Numbered from the stretch's first letter, positions 18,665 through 28,096 are shown. The stretch is DNA of 63,207 nucleotides from Candidatus Rokuibacteriota bacterium (GCA_016184305.1 JACPCX010000177.1:1-63207); one strand, 5' to 3'. Numbers and translations: made by a program. Notes: generated by a model from the sequence alone, not told the origin.

Positions 18665-18763
18665 AACCCGGCTGCCGCGGCTCCCCCCCGGACATTCGCT
18701 CTCTGCCGCCCAGGGCCCCGTGCTTGAAGCGGTTCTGGCGCCGGAGCCTCGTGTCGCCTCACG

Positions 18764-18779
18764 TGGCACCCCCTGTGCT
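18764..18779 (+). promoter_or_regulatory. sigma54 promoter
   Basis: TGGCACCCCCTGTGCT (GG-N10-GC). Confidence 0.65.
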
Positions 18780-18797
18780 GGTGGGACTGGCACTGCG

Positions 18798-19178
18798 ATG
18801 AGACAGCCGGAGTCGATCCTGGTCGTGTCGCCAGATGCCACCAGCCTGCAGGGGCTGACGCGAGTGCTCCTGCAGGGGGGGCTGCCGGTGACCGCGGCCC
18901 TGGGGTGGGCCGAGGGGGAGTCCCGGCTCCAGCGAGTTCCCGTCTCTCTGCTCGTCGCGGACATCGAGGAGGTGGGCCCTGAGGAGCTGATCCTGCTCCG
19001 CCGCCTGCGGGCCGGGTTTCCTCACGTGGGGATCATCGCGCTGGTCTCCCTCTCCACCTCGGAGGCCCGGGCGGCCAAGGCCGAAGGCCTCGTGCTGGCC
19101 ATCCTCGACAAGCCCATCGCTCTCGCCCAACTGGAGGAGGCCGTGAGCTCGGCCCTCTCCCGCAAGGCCTTGCGGTGA
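18798..19178 (+). CDS. Atypical single-domain receiver protein
   Basis: ILVVSPD..LLVADIE..LDKP. The first acidic pair is degenerate. Confidence 0.6.
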   Translation: MRQPESILVVSPDATSLQGLTRVLLQGGLPVTAALGWAEGESRLQRVPVSLLVADIEEVGPEELILLRRLRAGFPHVGIIALVSLSTSEARAAKAEGLVLAILDKPIALAQLEEAVSSALSRKALR

Positions 19179-19327
19179 ACATCATCCTGGCCTCGCCCTG
19201 GCGGCGACGCTCCTGCTGGCCTGGGGCCGGGGATTCATGATCGAGCCCGTGGTGAAGGAGCATGAGGGTGCCGCGGGGGTACGGAGGAGCGACGGGGAGC
19301 ACACCACCGAGAAAAGGGGGACGAACG

Positions 19328-20089
19328 ATGAAGGACGCATTAGTAGGCATTTGGACCTGTATCTGGCTGCTGGCGACCGGACTTGCCCTCACCGGCACCG
19401 TCATGGCACAGACCGCATCGCCGAGCAGCGTGGCCATCGGCGGGCAGCTCTACGATAAGTGGTGGAAGGCGGTACCCGGCGTGAAGCCGCCCGACGGCAA
19501 CCATCCCCTGTGGGCATCGCAATCCACGAACAAGCGGAAGGGGCTGGACACGTGGCGGTGCAAAGAGTGCCACGGGTGGGATTACAGGGGGAAGGATGGT
19601 GCCTACGGCTCTGGCTCCCACAAGACAGGCTTCCCAACGGTCATGGGCGCGCAGACCATGAGCGTGGCCCAGCTCAAAGCCATCCTGAAGGGCTCCACCA
19701 GTGGCAAGCACGATTTCTCTCCATTCCTGGATGACACCGCCCTGACCAACCTCGCGGCCTTCCTGAAGCATGGGCTGGTGGATCTGCCCGGGGCCATTGA
19801 CGCCAAGGCGAAGAAGCCCGCGAAGGCGGACATGGCCCGCGGCAAGCAGTTGGCCGTCGTCTGCACCGTCTGCCACGGTCCCGAGGGGAAGACACTGAAC
19901 TTCGGGAAGCCGGGCGAACCTGAGTACGTCGGGACGGTGGCCAAAGAGAATCCCTGGGAGTTCTTGCACAAGGTCCGCGTCGGCCAGCCGGGCTCGGAGC
20001 CTGCCATGCCCACGGGAGTGGAGCTCGGGTGGAGTCTGCAAGATGTCCTCGACGTCTTGGCCTATTCCCAGACCCTCCCTGACAAGTGA
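19328..20089 (+). CDS. Periplasmic diheme cytochrome c
   Basis: Signal peptide, CKECH and CTVCH, distal Met (PAMP). Confidence 0.9.
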   Translation: MKDALVGIWTCIWLLATGLALTGTVMAQTASPSSVAIGGQLYDKWWKAVPGVKPPDGNHPLWASQSTNKRKGLDTWRCKECHGWDYRGKDGAYGSGSHKTGFPTVMGAQTMSVAQLKAILKGSTSGKHDFSPFLDDTALTNLAAFLKHGLVDLPGAIDAKAKKPAKADMARGKQLAVVCTVCHGPEGKTLNFGKPGEPEYVGTVAKENPWEFLHKVRVGQPGSEPAMPTGVELGWSLQDVLDVLAYSQTLPDK

Positions 20090-20325
20090 GACAAGGAGAA
20101 CGGTCTCCCCTGAGGCGAGCAGCGATGCCGACCTCAGCCGAAGGGGCGAGCCGAGCCCTCGGATGGTGGAGAGGCAAACAGGCACACACTCTGGCGCGCG
20201 GCTTAGAGCAATCGGGCTCTTGTTGCTCTCTTGTCGCCGGGGGCGGCCTTCGCTGGCCGTCCGCCGGACACCGAGGAGACGGGCACGGTGGAGACTGAAA
20301 TGAACCCCCGGTGGGGAGGAGCGCC

Positions 20326-21165
20326 ATGCTGACCTGGACGGGGCGAGCCGTCGTGGTGGGTCTCACCCTTCTCGCCCTGGGCGCCCCTCCCTCCCCCCCC
20401 GCAGCTGCGGGGGAGGAAGAGACGGAGGCGGTGAGCCTGCCCGCGACCCTGATCACCGAGGGCGCCGTGCCCGGCACCGAGGTGGAGGGAAGCTTCACCA
20501 TGTCGAAGGCCGAGACGGAGTGGGGGTACGTCTTCGGCCTAAGCAGTCTCCAGTATGCGCCCGTGCCGTCCTTCGGCGTCAAGCTGGTGCTTCCGGTGGT
20601 CGTCCGCGACCCAGTGGGCTCCGAGCCCACCGAGGCCGGCATGGGCGATGTGGGCCTCATGCTTAAATACGCCCCCGTGCTGCTGCCCGCCAAGCAGTTC
20701 GCCCTTGCCGGAGGTCTGGCCCTGACCTTGCCCACGGGGAGCGAACGGCGGGAGCTGGGCGGGCAATTCGCCGTGGCGCCCTTCCTCGCCGCGGGCAAGG
20801 GGCTAGGCGCCTGGAGCCTCCAGGCGGATGTCGCCTATCGCTGGCAGCTCAACGACCCGCGGGAGCTCGAGCCCGAGGAGGAGGGGGGCGAGCCGGTGAG
20901 GCCTCACAAGGAGCATGGCGTCACGGCCAACCTTACCGTGACCTATTCGCCCCTGAAGTGGCTGGCCGCGCTGCTCGAGCTGAACAGCGTGACGGTGCTC
21001 CACCGGGGCGAGCCTCTGACAGAGCGGGTGCAACTCTACCTGACCCCCGGAGTGAGCGTGGAGCCGGCCGCGGGGTGGAATCTCCGGGCCGGGGTCCACC
21101 TCCCGGTGACGAGCGCCAGGGAGGTCGACTGGAGCCTCATCGTCATCCTCACCCGAGGCTTCTAG
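20326..21165 (+). CDS. Outer-membrane beta-barrel / MetA-phenol-degradation-like transporter family
   Basis: Signal peptide, GMGDVGLMLKY, LTLPTG, alternating beta strands, C-terminal Phe. Confidence 0.7.
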   Translation: MLTWTGRAVVVGLTLLALGAPPSPPAAAGEEETEAVSLPATLITEGAVPGTEVEGSFTMSKAETEWGYVFGLSSLQYAPVPSFGVKLVLPVVVRDPVGSEPTEAGMGDVGLMLKYAPVLLPAKQFALAGGLALTLPTGSERRELGGQFAVAPFLAAGKGLGAWSLQADVAYRWQLNDPRELEPEEEGGEPVRPHKEHGVTANLTVTYSPLKWLAALLELNSVTVLHRGEPLTERVQLYLTPGVSVEPAAGWNLRAGVHLPVTSAREVDWSLIVILTRGF

Positions 21166-21172
21166 CCGCGCC

Positions 21173-21200
21173 CATCACGCGCCGCGCGCGGCGCGTGATG
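21173..21200. repeat. Perfect 28-bp palindrome after the barrel gene
   Basis: CATCACGCGCCGCGCGCGGCGCGTGATG is its own reverse complement. No U-tract follows. Confidence 0.8.
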
Positions 21201-21524
21201 CTGGCGCTCATCGCGGCTGCGCTCTTCCAGCTCCGGGCCGGGCTGATGCTCGCCGTCCGGGAGTGGGTGAGACACGGTGACGACACGTGGTCACGCTCGG
21301 TGACGCGAGCGTCCTCATCCTGCGCGATAGGCAGAAGACAGGCCGGCTCCGCCATGCCCCCGAGAGCGGCCCTTTCGAGCTCAACCGGGACGAGGCCGCC
21401 AGGCGCCCGCGCTTCACGTTCAGCCCCGGAGTCAAGCCCGTGATCCGCCTTGCGTGGGGCCGTCGGGCGCCGCCTTGCTCCTGGGCCTTTTCTTGAGCGG
21501 CCTGGGTGGCGGGGCAGCAGCCTG

Positions 21525-23090
21525 CTACGAGGGGCCCGGCACCGCCTCGGCCGCGGGCAGAAGCCCCGCGGCGGGTAGCTCCCGGAGCTCCAGGATCAGC
21601 GCATCGAGGCGAGCCGCCGTGTGGCGGGAGTACTCGTACAGGTGCTTGTGCATCAGCGCGAGCGTGACGGCGTCCCGGATGGCGCGGGGGCGCCGGAGGG
21701 CCGTCTCCAGGACCATGGAGAGCGTCAGCCAGGCGCGGCGCGGCGAGGCGTTGAGCACGCAGGCCCAGACGATGCGGAGCAGCAGCGTGAGATCGCCGGG
21801 CGTGGTCGCGAGCCGGGATGTGCGGAGCGCCCCCCGCCCCAGGATCAGCGCCATGGCGCGCCTGCGGTAGTTCCCGTAGTCGTAGAGCCGCTCCAGCAGC
21901 CTCCGGTAGCCCTCGTAGAGCTCCAGGCGTGACATGCCCTTGGGGATGATGTTGGTGAAGACGAACTGGTCCCCCACCGACTCGGCGATGAGCCGGCCGG
22001 CCGCCTTGAGCCGATCGTAGAGCGGCGTCTTGGGCACGGCATTGAGCATCCCGGTCATGGAGATGGGGATGCGGGCGGCCTGGATGAAGCGGAACTGCTC
22101 CTCGAAGATCTCCGGGTCGTCGCTGTCGAATCCCACGATCATCCCGGCCATGACCTCGATGCCGGCGGCCTGGATGCGGTGGACCGAGGTGAGGATGTCC
22201 TCCCGCATGTTCTGCGTCTTCCCGGTGGACTCGAGACTGGCTCTCCGCGGCGACTCGATGCCCACGAAGATGGTCGAGAAGTCGGCCCGCCTCATGAGCG
22301 CCAAGAGCTCGTCGTCCTGGGCCACGTTGAGGGACACCTCGGTCATGAACTCCACGGGGTAGCCGTTGGCCTCCTGCCACGTGGCCAGCGCCAGCAGCAG
22401 CTTCTTGGCTTCCTTCTTGTTGCCGATGAAGTTGTCGTCCACCACGAAGATGTTCCGCACGCCGAGCCGGTGGATTTCCTCCACCTCGGCCATGACCTGC
22501 TCCACCGACTTGGTGCGCGGGCGGCGGCCGTACATGACGATGATATCGCAGAAGTCGCAGTTGAAGGGGCAGCCGCGGGCGAACTGGATGGCCATGCTGC
22601 GGTAGCGCCCGATCTTGAGGAGGTCGAAGCGCGGCAGCGGCGAGTCCAGCATGCTGGGCTTCTCCTCCTGCCGGTACTCCGCCTGCCACGCGCCGGCCTC
22701 ATACTCCCGGATGAATTGCGGCCAGGTGTACTCGGCCTCGTCCACGAAGAGCACGTCCACGCGCCCGCGCAGCTCGTCGGGGCAGAGCGAGGCGAAGGGG
22801 CCGCCCGCCACCACGAACTTCCCGCGCCGGCGAAGCTCCTCGATGATCTCGAACATCCGCGTCTTGTGGACCACGTAGCCCGTGACGCCCACGATGTCGG
22901 CGTCGGTGTCGAAGTCTATGGACTCGACGTTCTCGTCGCAGAGGACGATCTCATGCCCCGCGGGCGTGAGCGCCGCCACCGTGGGGAGCGAGAGGTTGGG
23001 GAAGGCGCAGCGCTTGCCGAGGCTCGGCAGGATGCGGTCGAAGGTCCAGAAGGACTCGGGATTCCTTGGCGCGATCAGGTAGATCTTCAC
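21525..23090 (-). CDS. B12-binding radical SAM protein (class B, DUF4070; HpnP-related family)
   Basis: RGCPFNCDFC, VDDNFIGN, GIES, N-terminal cobalamin-binding domain. Confidence 0.9.
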   Translation of the reverse strand: MKIYLIAPRNPESFWTFDRILPSLGKRCAFPNLSLPTVAALTPAGHEIVLCDENVESIDFDTDADIVGVTGYVVHKTRMFEIIEELRRRGKFVVAGGPFASLCPDELRGRVDVLFVDEAEYTWPQFIREYEAGAWQAEYRQEEKPSMLDSPLPRFDLLKIGRYRSMAIQFARGCPFNCDFCDIIVMYGRRPRTKSVEQVMAEVEEIHRLGVRNIFVVDDNFIGNKKEAKKLLLALATWQEANGYPVEFMTEVSLNVAQDDELLALMRRADFSTIFVGIESPRRASLESTGKTQNMREDILTSVHRIQAAGIEVMAGMIVGFDSDDPEIFEEQFRFIQAARIPISMTGMLNAVPKTPLYDRLKAAGRLIAESVGDQFVFTNIIPKGMSRLELYEGYRRLLERLYDYGNYRRRAMALILGRGALRTSRLATTPGDLTLLLRIVWACVLNASPRRAWLTLSMVLETALRRPRAIRDAVTLALMHKHLYEYSRHTAARLDALILELRELPAAGLLPAAEAVPGPS

Positions 23091-23310
23091 GTGGGTGTCT
23101 GAACCCCCGCGGCGCTGGGAGAGAGGCCAGAGCCGCTGAGGTCCCGGGGATCATACCCGACCCCCCGCCCCGGCGCAACCAATTCCCTTATCCCCCCGGG
23201 CCGCGGGCGAGGGATGACAGCGACTCAGATCGCGTGAAGAAAGTCGCGCCGTCCGAGGTTCCGGCGGGGGCGGGCGGGCAACAGCCCGGGTGCCCGCCCC
23301 CGGGGTGAAG

Positions 23311-23324
23311 ATGATCTGGGTCAT
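23311..23324. promoter_or_regulatory. Crp/Fnr-type operator in the divergent region before SCO
   Basis: ATGA-TCTGGG-TCAT. Confidence 0.6.
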
Positions 23325-23441
23325 AACGCCCGGCGCACCGACGCCGTCACACTGATCCATGGAGGGCTTCGGTCACGCGACGGACAGGGAAGCGATGATG
23401 AGTCTACCGGTGAGGAGGCCCCGAGGGGTCATGTTGATCTC

Positions 23442-24326
23442 ATGGTGAGCGCGCTGTTCTCCCACCGGCTCTTCGCGCCGTCGCTGGTCCTGGGCATCTT
23501 CGGCCTCGGGGCGCTGACGGTGGCCTTCCTCCTCTTCGGTCCGGGCATGGCGCCGTGGGCCGACACGCTCCTCACCGCCTGCTTCGGCTGGAACGCCGAG
23601 ACCCGCCACTATCGCCTCGACTCCCTCATCCTGACGCTGCTGCAGCCGCCGCTCTTCGTCGCGGTCGTCTCCTTCTTCTACCCGGACGAGCTGCGGGCAT
23701 TCCTCCGGTCCCACGCCGGACGCGTCCTCGCGGGCACCACGCCGGCGCTGTTCCTCGCGCTCGCCGCCTCGCTCCTGGCCACCAGCGAGATCTCGGCCTC
23801 GGGTGTGGCGCCGGCCCCGGCGGGGCTGGCAGCGCCGCTGCGCCAGGGCGGCCCGGCCCCCGCGTTCTCGCTGACCGACCATCGGGGGCGCACGGTGTCG
23901 CTCGGGAGCTTCAAGGGCCGCCCCGTGGCCATGACGTTCGTCTACGCGAACTGCCACGCCACCTGCCCGATCCTCATCCAGAGACTCAAGGCCATCGAGG
24001 CAAGAACGGCGCCCGGCGCGGCCGCCTTCGTGGCCGTGAGCCTGGACCCGGAGCGCGACACTCCAGGTGCCCTTGCCCACGCGGCCCACCAGTGGGAAGT
24101 CGGGGAGCGGTGGCACCTGCTCAGCGGCCCCACCGAGGCCGTGCGCGCTGTCCTCCGCGCCTACGGCGTCCAGTGGGCGCCGCTCCCCGAGGGCGAGATC
24201 GCCCACGACAATCTCGTGCTCCTCATCGACGCGCGGGGACGGCTGGCATTCACGTATCGCGGGCTCGCGCACCCGGAGGACCGCCAGGTGGCCGACCTTG
24301 CTCGGCTCGCGAGAGAGCAGGGCTAG
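23442..24326 (+). CDS. SCO1/SenC copper chaperone with N-terminal membrane domain
   Basis: YANCHATCP (CxxxC), SLDPERDT, IAH. Confidence 0.9.
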   Translation: MVSALFSHRLFAPSLVLGIFGLGALTVAFLLFGPGMAPWADTLLTACFGWNAETRHYRLDSLILTLLQPPLFVAVVSFFYPDELRAFLRSHAGRVLAGTTPALFLALAASLLATSEISASGVAPAPAGLAAPLRQGGPAPAFSLTDHRGRTVSLGSFKGRPVAMTFVYANCHATCPILIQRLKAIEARTAPGAAAFVAVSLDPERDTPGALAHAAHQWEVGERWHLLSGPTEAVRAVLRAYGVQWAPLPEGEIAHDNLVLLIDARGRLAFTYRGLAHPEDRQVADLARLAREQG

Positions 24327-24330
24327 GCCC

Positions 24331-26010
24331 ATGTACTCTCCCGGGTCGCGAGAGCCCGCCGCGGCGGGCCCCGCCGAGGGTGCGCCCACGCCGCCGCCGC
24401 GCCCGGCGCCCCGGGCGGTCCCCTTCACCATCTTTCCCGCTCCCAGCCGGCCCACGGAACCTCTCCACCGCCGCGGGCTCGCCGCGGTGGGTATGGCCTA
24501 TCAGTGGGTTGAGGTGCTGCTCGACCGCCTGGTCTCGGCGCCGCTGAACCCGCTCTATCACAGCGGGACCATCGCGGTGTTCTCGCTGGCGGTGGCGCTC
24601 GTGACCGGCATCTATCTCTTCCTCTTTTATCGGGTCGGCACGGATGCCGCGCATCAGTCCATCGAGGGCATCATGGCGCACCCCCTGGGGATCGGGTCGC
24701 TGATGCGCTCGCTCCACCGTTATTCCTCGGATGCGGCCATGCTGGCCGCGGCGCTCCACGGCCTCAAGATGTTCCTCACCGACCGGTTCTGGGGCGCGCG
24801 GTGGATCGGCTGGGTCACGGGGCTCACCCTGCTGGCGCTCGTCTGGGTCACGGGCGCCACGGGCTACTGGCTCGTGTGGGACACGCAGGCCCAGGTGCTC
24901 TCCGTGACCTCGGCGAAGCTCCTCGACGTGCTGCCGGTCTTCGGCGAGCCGCTGATCCGCACCTTCCTCGATGCGGGCCGCATCCAGAACTTCCTCTTCT
25001 TCGTTGTCCTCTTCATCCACATCACCATCCCGATCCTGCTCGGGGTGGCCTACTGGATGCACGTCATGCGCCTCTCGCGCGCGCGCTTCATGCCGCCGCG
25101 CGTGGTCCTGTGGGTGACGGGGGCCGCGCTCGTGATCGCCAGCGTGCTCCGGCCGGGGCTCTCGGGCCCGCCCGCCGATCTCGGGCGGTTGCCCGGCATC
25201 GTCCCGCTGGACTGGTTCTACTTCTTCTATTTCCCGCTGACGCGGCTCGATCCGCTCTGGGGCTGGGGCATCGTCGGCGTCGGGAGCGTCGTCACGCTCG
25301 CCGTGCCCTGGGTGCTGCGCGGGGCCGCGCCGCCGCGGGCGAAGGTGGAGAACCCCGCCTGCACGGGCTGCACCCGCTGCTGGAAGGACTGCCCCTACGA
25401 GGCCATCATCATGGTCCCGCGTCCGGCCGACGGCAGCCGCTACAAGCAGATGGCGGTGGTGAACCCCGCCAAGTGCGTGGGCTGCGGCATCTGCGTGGGC
25501 GCCTGCGACTCCGCCGGCATCCTCCTCGGCGACCAGCCCGTGAGCCTGCTGGGCCAGGCCGTGGCGAGCCGGCTGCGCAGCGTGGCCGCGGCCTCGGGCG
25601 GCCAGGCCCCGGTGCTCGTCTACACCTGCCGGCTCATGCGCGGGCTCCAGGGCCGGCTCAGGGCCGACGGGACCCTCGAGGGACTCCCGGGCGTCACGGT
25701 CATGGGCCTCCCCTGCGTGGGCACGCTCCACCCGGACATGATCACCAAGTCCCTCGAGGCCGGCGCCCGCGGCATCTTCGTGGCCGGCTGCGTCCCCGAG
25801 GACTGCCCGTACCGCGAGGGCAGCCTCTGGCTCGCCGAGCGCCTCCAGGGGCAGCGTCTGCCCTCCCTCAAGACGTTGCCCGAGGGCCGCCTGCGGGTGC
25901 GCTGGTACTCCCCCGTGGAGGTGGGACGCTTCCTCGCCGAGCTCCGCGCCTTCCAGCGCCAGCTTCCCGCCGGAGCGGGGACGCCGCGGACCGAGGCGGT
26001 CCAGGCATGA
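24331..26010 (+). CDS. Cytochrome b (N-terminal) + 2x[4Fe-4S] + MvhD/FlpD [2Fe-2S] fusion
   Basis: RSLHRYSSD..ALH, FIHITIP..WMH, CTGCTRCWKDCP, CVGCGICVGAC, PCVG..GC.PEDCPYREG. Confidence 0.85.
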   Translation: MYSPGSREPAAAGPAEGAPTPPPRPAPRAVPFTIFPAPSRPTEPLHRRGLAAVGMAYQWVEVLLDRLVSAPLNPLYHSGTIAVFSLAVALVTGIYLFLFYRVGTDAAHQSIEGIMAHPLGIGSLMRSLHRYSSDAAMLAAALHGLKMFLTDRFWGARWIGWVTGLTLLALVWVTGATGYWLVWDTQAQVLSVTSAKLLDVLPVFGEPLIRTFLDAGRIQNFLFFVVLFIHITIPILLGVAYWMHVMRLSRARFMPPRVVLWVTGAALVIASVLRPGLSGPPADLGRLPGIVPLDWFYFFYFPLTRLDPLWGWGIVGVGSVVTLAVPWVLRGAAPPRAKVENPACTGCTRCWKDCPYEAIIMVPRPADGSRYKQMAVVNPAKCVGCGICVGACDSAGILLGDQPVSLLGQAVASRLRSVAAASGGQAPVLVYTCRLMRGLQGRLRADGTLEGLPGVTVMGLPCVGTLHPDMITKSLEAGARGIFVAGCVPEDCPYREGSLWLAERLQGQRLPSLKTLPEGRLRVRWYSPVEVGRFLAELRAFQRQLPAGAGTPRTEAVQA

Positions 26011-26552
26011 CCGGGCCCGTCTTCGAGCCCCGCCGCCCGCCCCTGGCCTGTCTCGCGGGCTTCGCGCTCCTGCTCACCGCCGTCTCCTGGGGGCTCGGCG
26101 CCTTCGCCGCCTTCCCCTGGGCCGCCTCCGACCCGCAGAGCGCGGTGGTCCGCGTGGCCGTCAAGCACGTCGCCTCCTTCGAGCACGAGGCCGCCGCGCG
26201 GTCGAAGGAGGAGATCGAGAAGCTCCCCCGCCACATGCGCCCGCAGAGCCCCGAGGGCTCGCGAACCGGCCGCCGCGTCCGGAGCCTGCTCAGCCTGGCG
26301 GTGGACGGCCAGCCGCAGCTCCGGAAGAGCTATTCGCCGGGCGGCCTCCGCGGCGACGGCCCCACCTTCGCCTACGAGGAGGTCTCCGTGGCTCCCGGCC
26401 GCCGCCGGCTCCAGGTCACCCTCGCCGACGGCCACGCCGACCGGGACCAGGAGCGGCCGCGCCGCTGGACGCTCGAGCAGGACGTGGAGATCAAGCCGGG
26501 GCAGGCGCTGCTGATCGAGTTCTCCGAGGACGCCGGGCTCACGCTCCGGTAA
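26007..26552 (+). CDS. Membrane-anchored hypothetical protein
   Basis: Overlaps the previous stop (ATGA). N-terminal hydrophobic helix, LPRHMR motif. Confidence 0.7.
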   Translation: MTGPVFEPRRPPLACLAGFALLLTAVSWGLGAFAAFPWAASDPQSAVVRVAVKHVASFEHEAAARSKEEIEKLPRHMRPQSPEGSRTGRRVRSLLSLAVDGQPQLRKSYSPGGLRGDGPTFAYEEVSVAPGRRRLQVTLADGHADRDQERPRRWTLEQDVEIKPGQALLIEFSEDAGLTLR

Positions 26553-26629
26553 CCTCCACTGCGCGCTGGCGTCGCGTCCCCTCAGTGGTCTAGAATCCTC
26601 TACATCCCGTCCTTCTACAACGAGGCCGC

Positions 26630-26922
26630 CCTGATCCGCGACATGGGGATCACGGTCTTCCTCATCGAGCATGACATGAAGGTGATCATGGACGAGCCCT
26701 CGATGGGGCTGTCGCCGCTGTACGCGGACCGGATCTTCGATATCATCCAGGAGCTCAATCGCCAGGGCATCGCCATCCTGCTGGTGGAGCAGAACGCCAA
26801 CATGGCCCTCGGCATCGCGCAGCGCGGCTACGTGCTGCAGACCGGGCGCGTGGTGCTGGCCGACACGGCGGTGAACCTGGGTCAACCACCCCACGATGCG
26901 CAAGGCATACCTCGAGCTGTGA
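26630..26922 (+). pseudogene. Collapsed livG/livF-type ABC ATPase remnant
   Basis: LivG-type LIEHDMKVIM is fused to LivF-type DEPSMGL..LVEQNANMAL..YVLQTG. The end MRKAYLEL* is in a shifted frame. Confidence 0.75.
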
Positions 26923-26936
26923 CCACAGGAGGCCCC

Positions 26937-27860
26937 ATGAACAAGATCGAGCGAGTCCGCGCAGCCCTGGCCGGCACGCCGCTGGACCATCCCCCCTTCA
27001 CCATCTGGTATCACTTCGGCAATCAGCACGCGCCGGCCGAGCGCGCGGCCCAGGTGCACCTCGAGCTCTTCGAGCATTACGATCTGGACCTGCTGAAGGT
27101 CATGAACGACTACGACTACCCCATGCCGCAGGGGATGGAGGTCATGGCGACCCCCGCCGACCTCGGGAGGCTCGCCCCCTTCGATCCGCTGGAGACCCCG
27201 CTGGGCACCCAGCTCCGCGCCATCGAGCAGATCGCCCGGGCGCTCGCGGGCAAGGCGCTCTTCGTGGACACGCTCTTCAACGCCTGGAACACGCTCCGGC
27301 GCAACCTGGTCAAGGAGGCCATGCCGGCCCTCATGAGCGAGCATCCGAAAGCACTGGACGAAGCGCTCCGCGTGGTGAATGACAACCTCATCCGCTACGC
27401 GCGCGCCACCCTCGAGCGGGGCGCCGCCGGGATCTTCTTCTCGGTGCCGGCCGCGCCCGACAGCGTCACGCGCCAGCAGTTCGAGCGGTTCATGCGCCCC
27501 TTCGACCTCGAGCTGCTCGAGGCCGTTCGGGGGCTCGGCGAGTGCCATGTCCTGCACGCCCACGGCGAGGCGCTCTACCTCGACCGGCTCCTCGACTATC
27601 CCGTGCACGCGCTGTCCTGGTCCGACCTCCACGGCGGGCCCACCATCGCCGACGCCCGGAAGCGCACGCCGCTCACGCTCATGACGGGCCTGGACCATGT
27701 GGGCTTCCCCTACGTCTCGGCCGGGGTGATCCGCGAGCAAGTGCGGCGCGCCCGCGCCGAGGCGGGCCCCACCGGGTTCATCGTGGCCCCGGGCTGTGCC
27801 GTGCCGACGTACAGCTTCCCCCCGCTGATCGCCGCCGCCCGCGACGCCGCGCGGGGGTGA
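26937..27860 (+). CDS. Uroporphyrinogen decarboxylase (URO-D/MtaA-like) family protein
   Basis: ERVRAAL..WYHF..DLLKVM, GAAGIFF, LHAHG, IVAPGC. RBS AGGAGG. Confidence 0.85.
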   Translation: MNKIERVRAALAGTPLDHPPFTIWYHFGNQHAPAERAAQVHLELFEHYDLDLLKVMNDYDYPMPQGMEVMATPADLGRLAPFDPLETPLGTQLRAIEQIARALAGKALFVDTLFNAWNTLRRNLVKEAMPALMSEHPKALDEALRVVNDNLIRYARATLERGAAGIFFSVPAAPDSVTRQQFERFMRPFDLELLEAVRGLGECHVLHAHGEALYLDRLLDYPVHALSWSDLHGGPTIADARKRTPLTLMTGLDHVGFPYVSAGVIREQVRRARAEAGPTGFIVAPGCAVPTYSFPPLIAAARDAARG

Positions 27861-28096
27861 CGGACGCGGGTCCGCTCCTCGCCGCCCTGGATGTCGGCAC
27901 GGGATCTCTCCGGGCGCTTGTCGTCGACGGCGACGGCCGGGTCATGGCCTCGGCCGCCCGGCCCGTGGACATCCACCGGGGCGAGGGCGCCAGGGTTCGA
28001 GGGGGCGACTACGACATCCTGGCGGGACGGCGACGGGATCTCTACCTGGCCTTGCGCGATCAGTTCGGCCGGGCCGCCGCCCCGCCGGATTCCTGA
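27857..28096 (+). pseudogene. FGGY carbohydrate kinase remnant (probably internal deletion)
   Basis: AALDVGTGSLRALVVD N-terminus joined to a short C-terminal-like tail; only about 79 aa. Confidence 0.7.

Noticed and set aside
20192-20207. Possible sigma54 promoter TGGCGCGCGGCTTAGA before the barrel gene
   Set aside because: The conserved -12 GC is replaced by AG.
26643-27860. ABC ATPase-UROD fusion protein (405-aa ORF)
   Set aside because: The fusion arises from a frameshifted livF remnant. The UROD gene has its own RBS and ATG at 26937.
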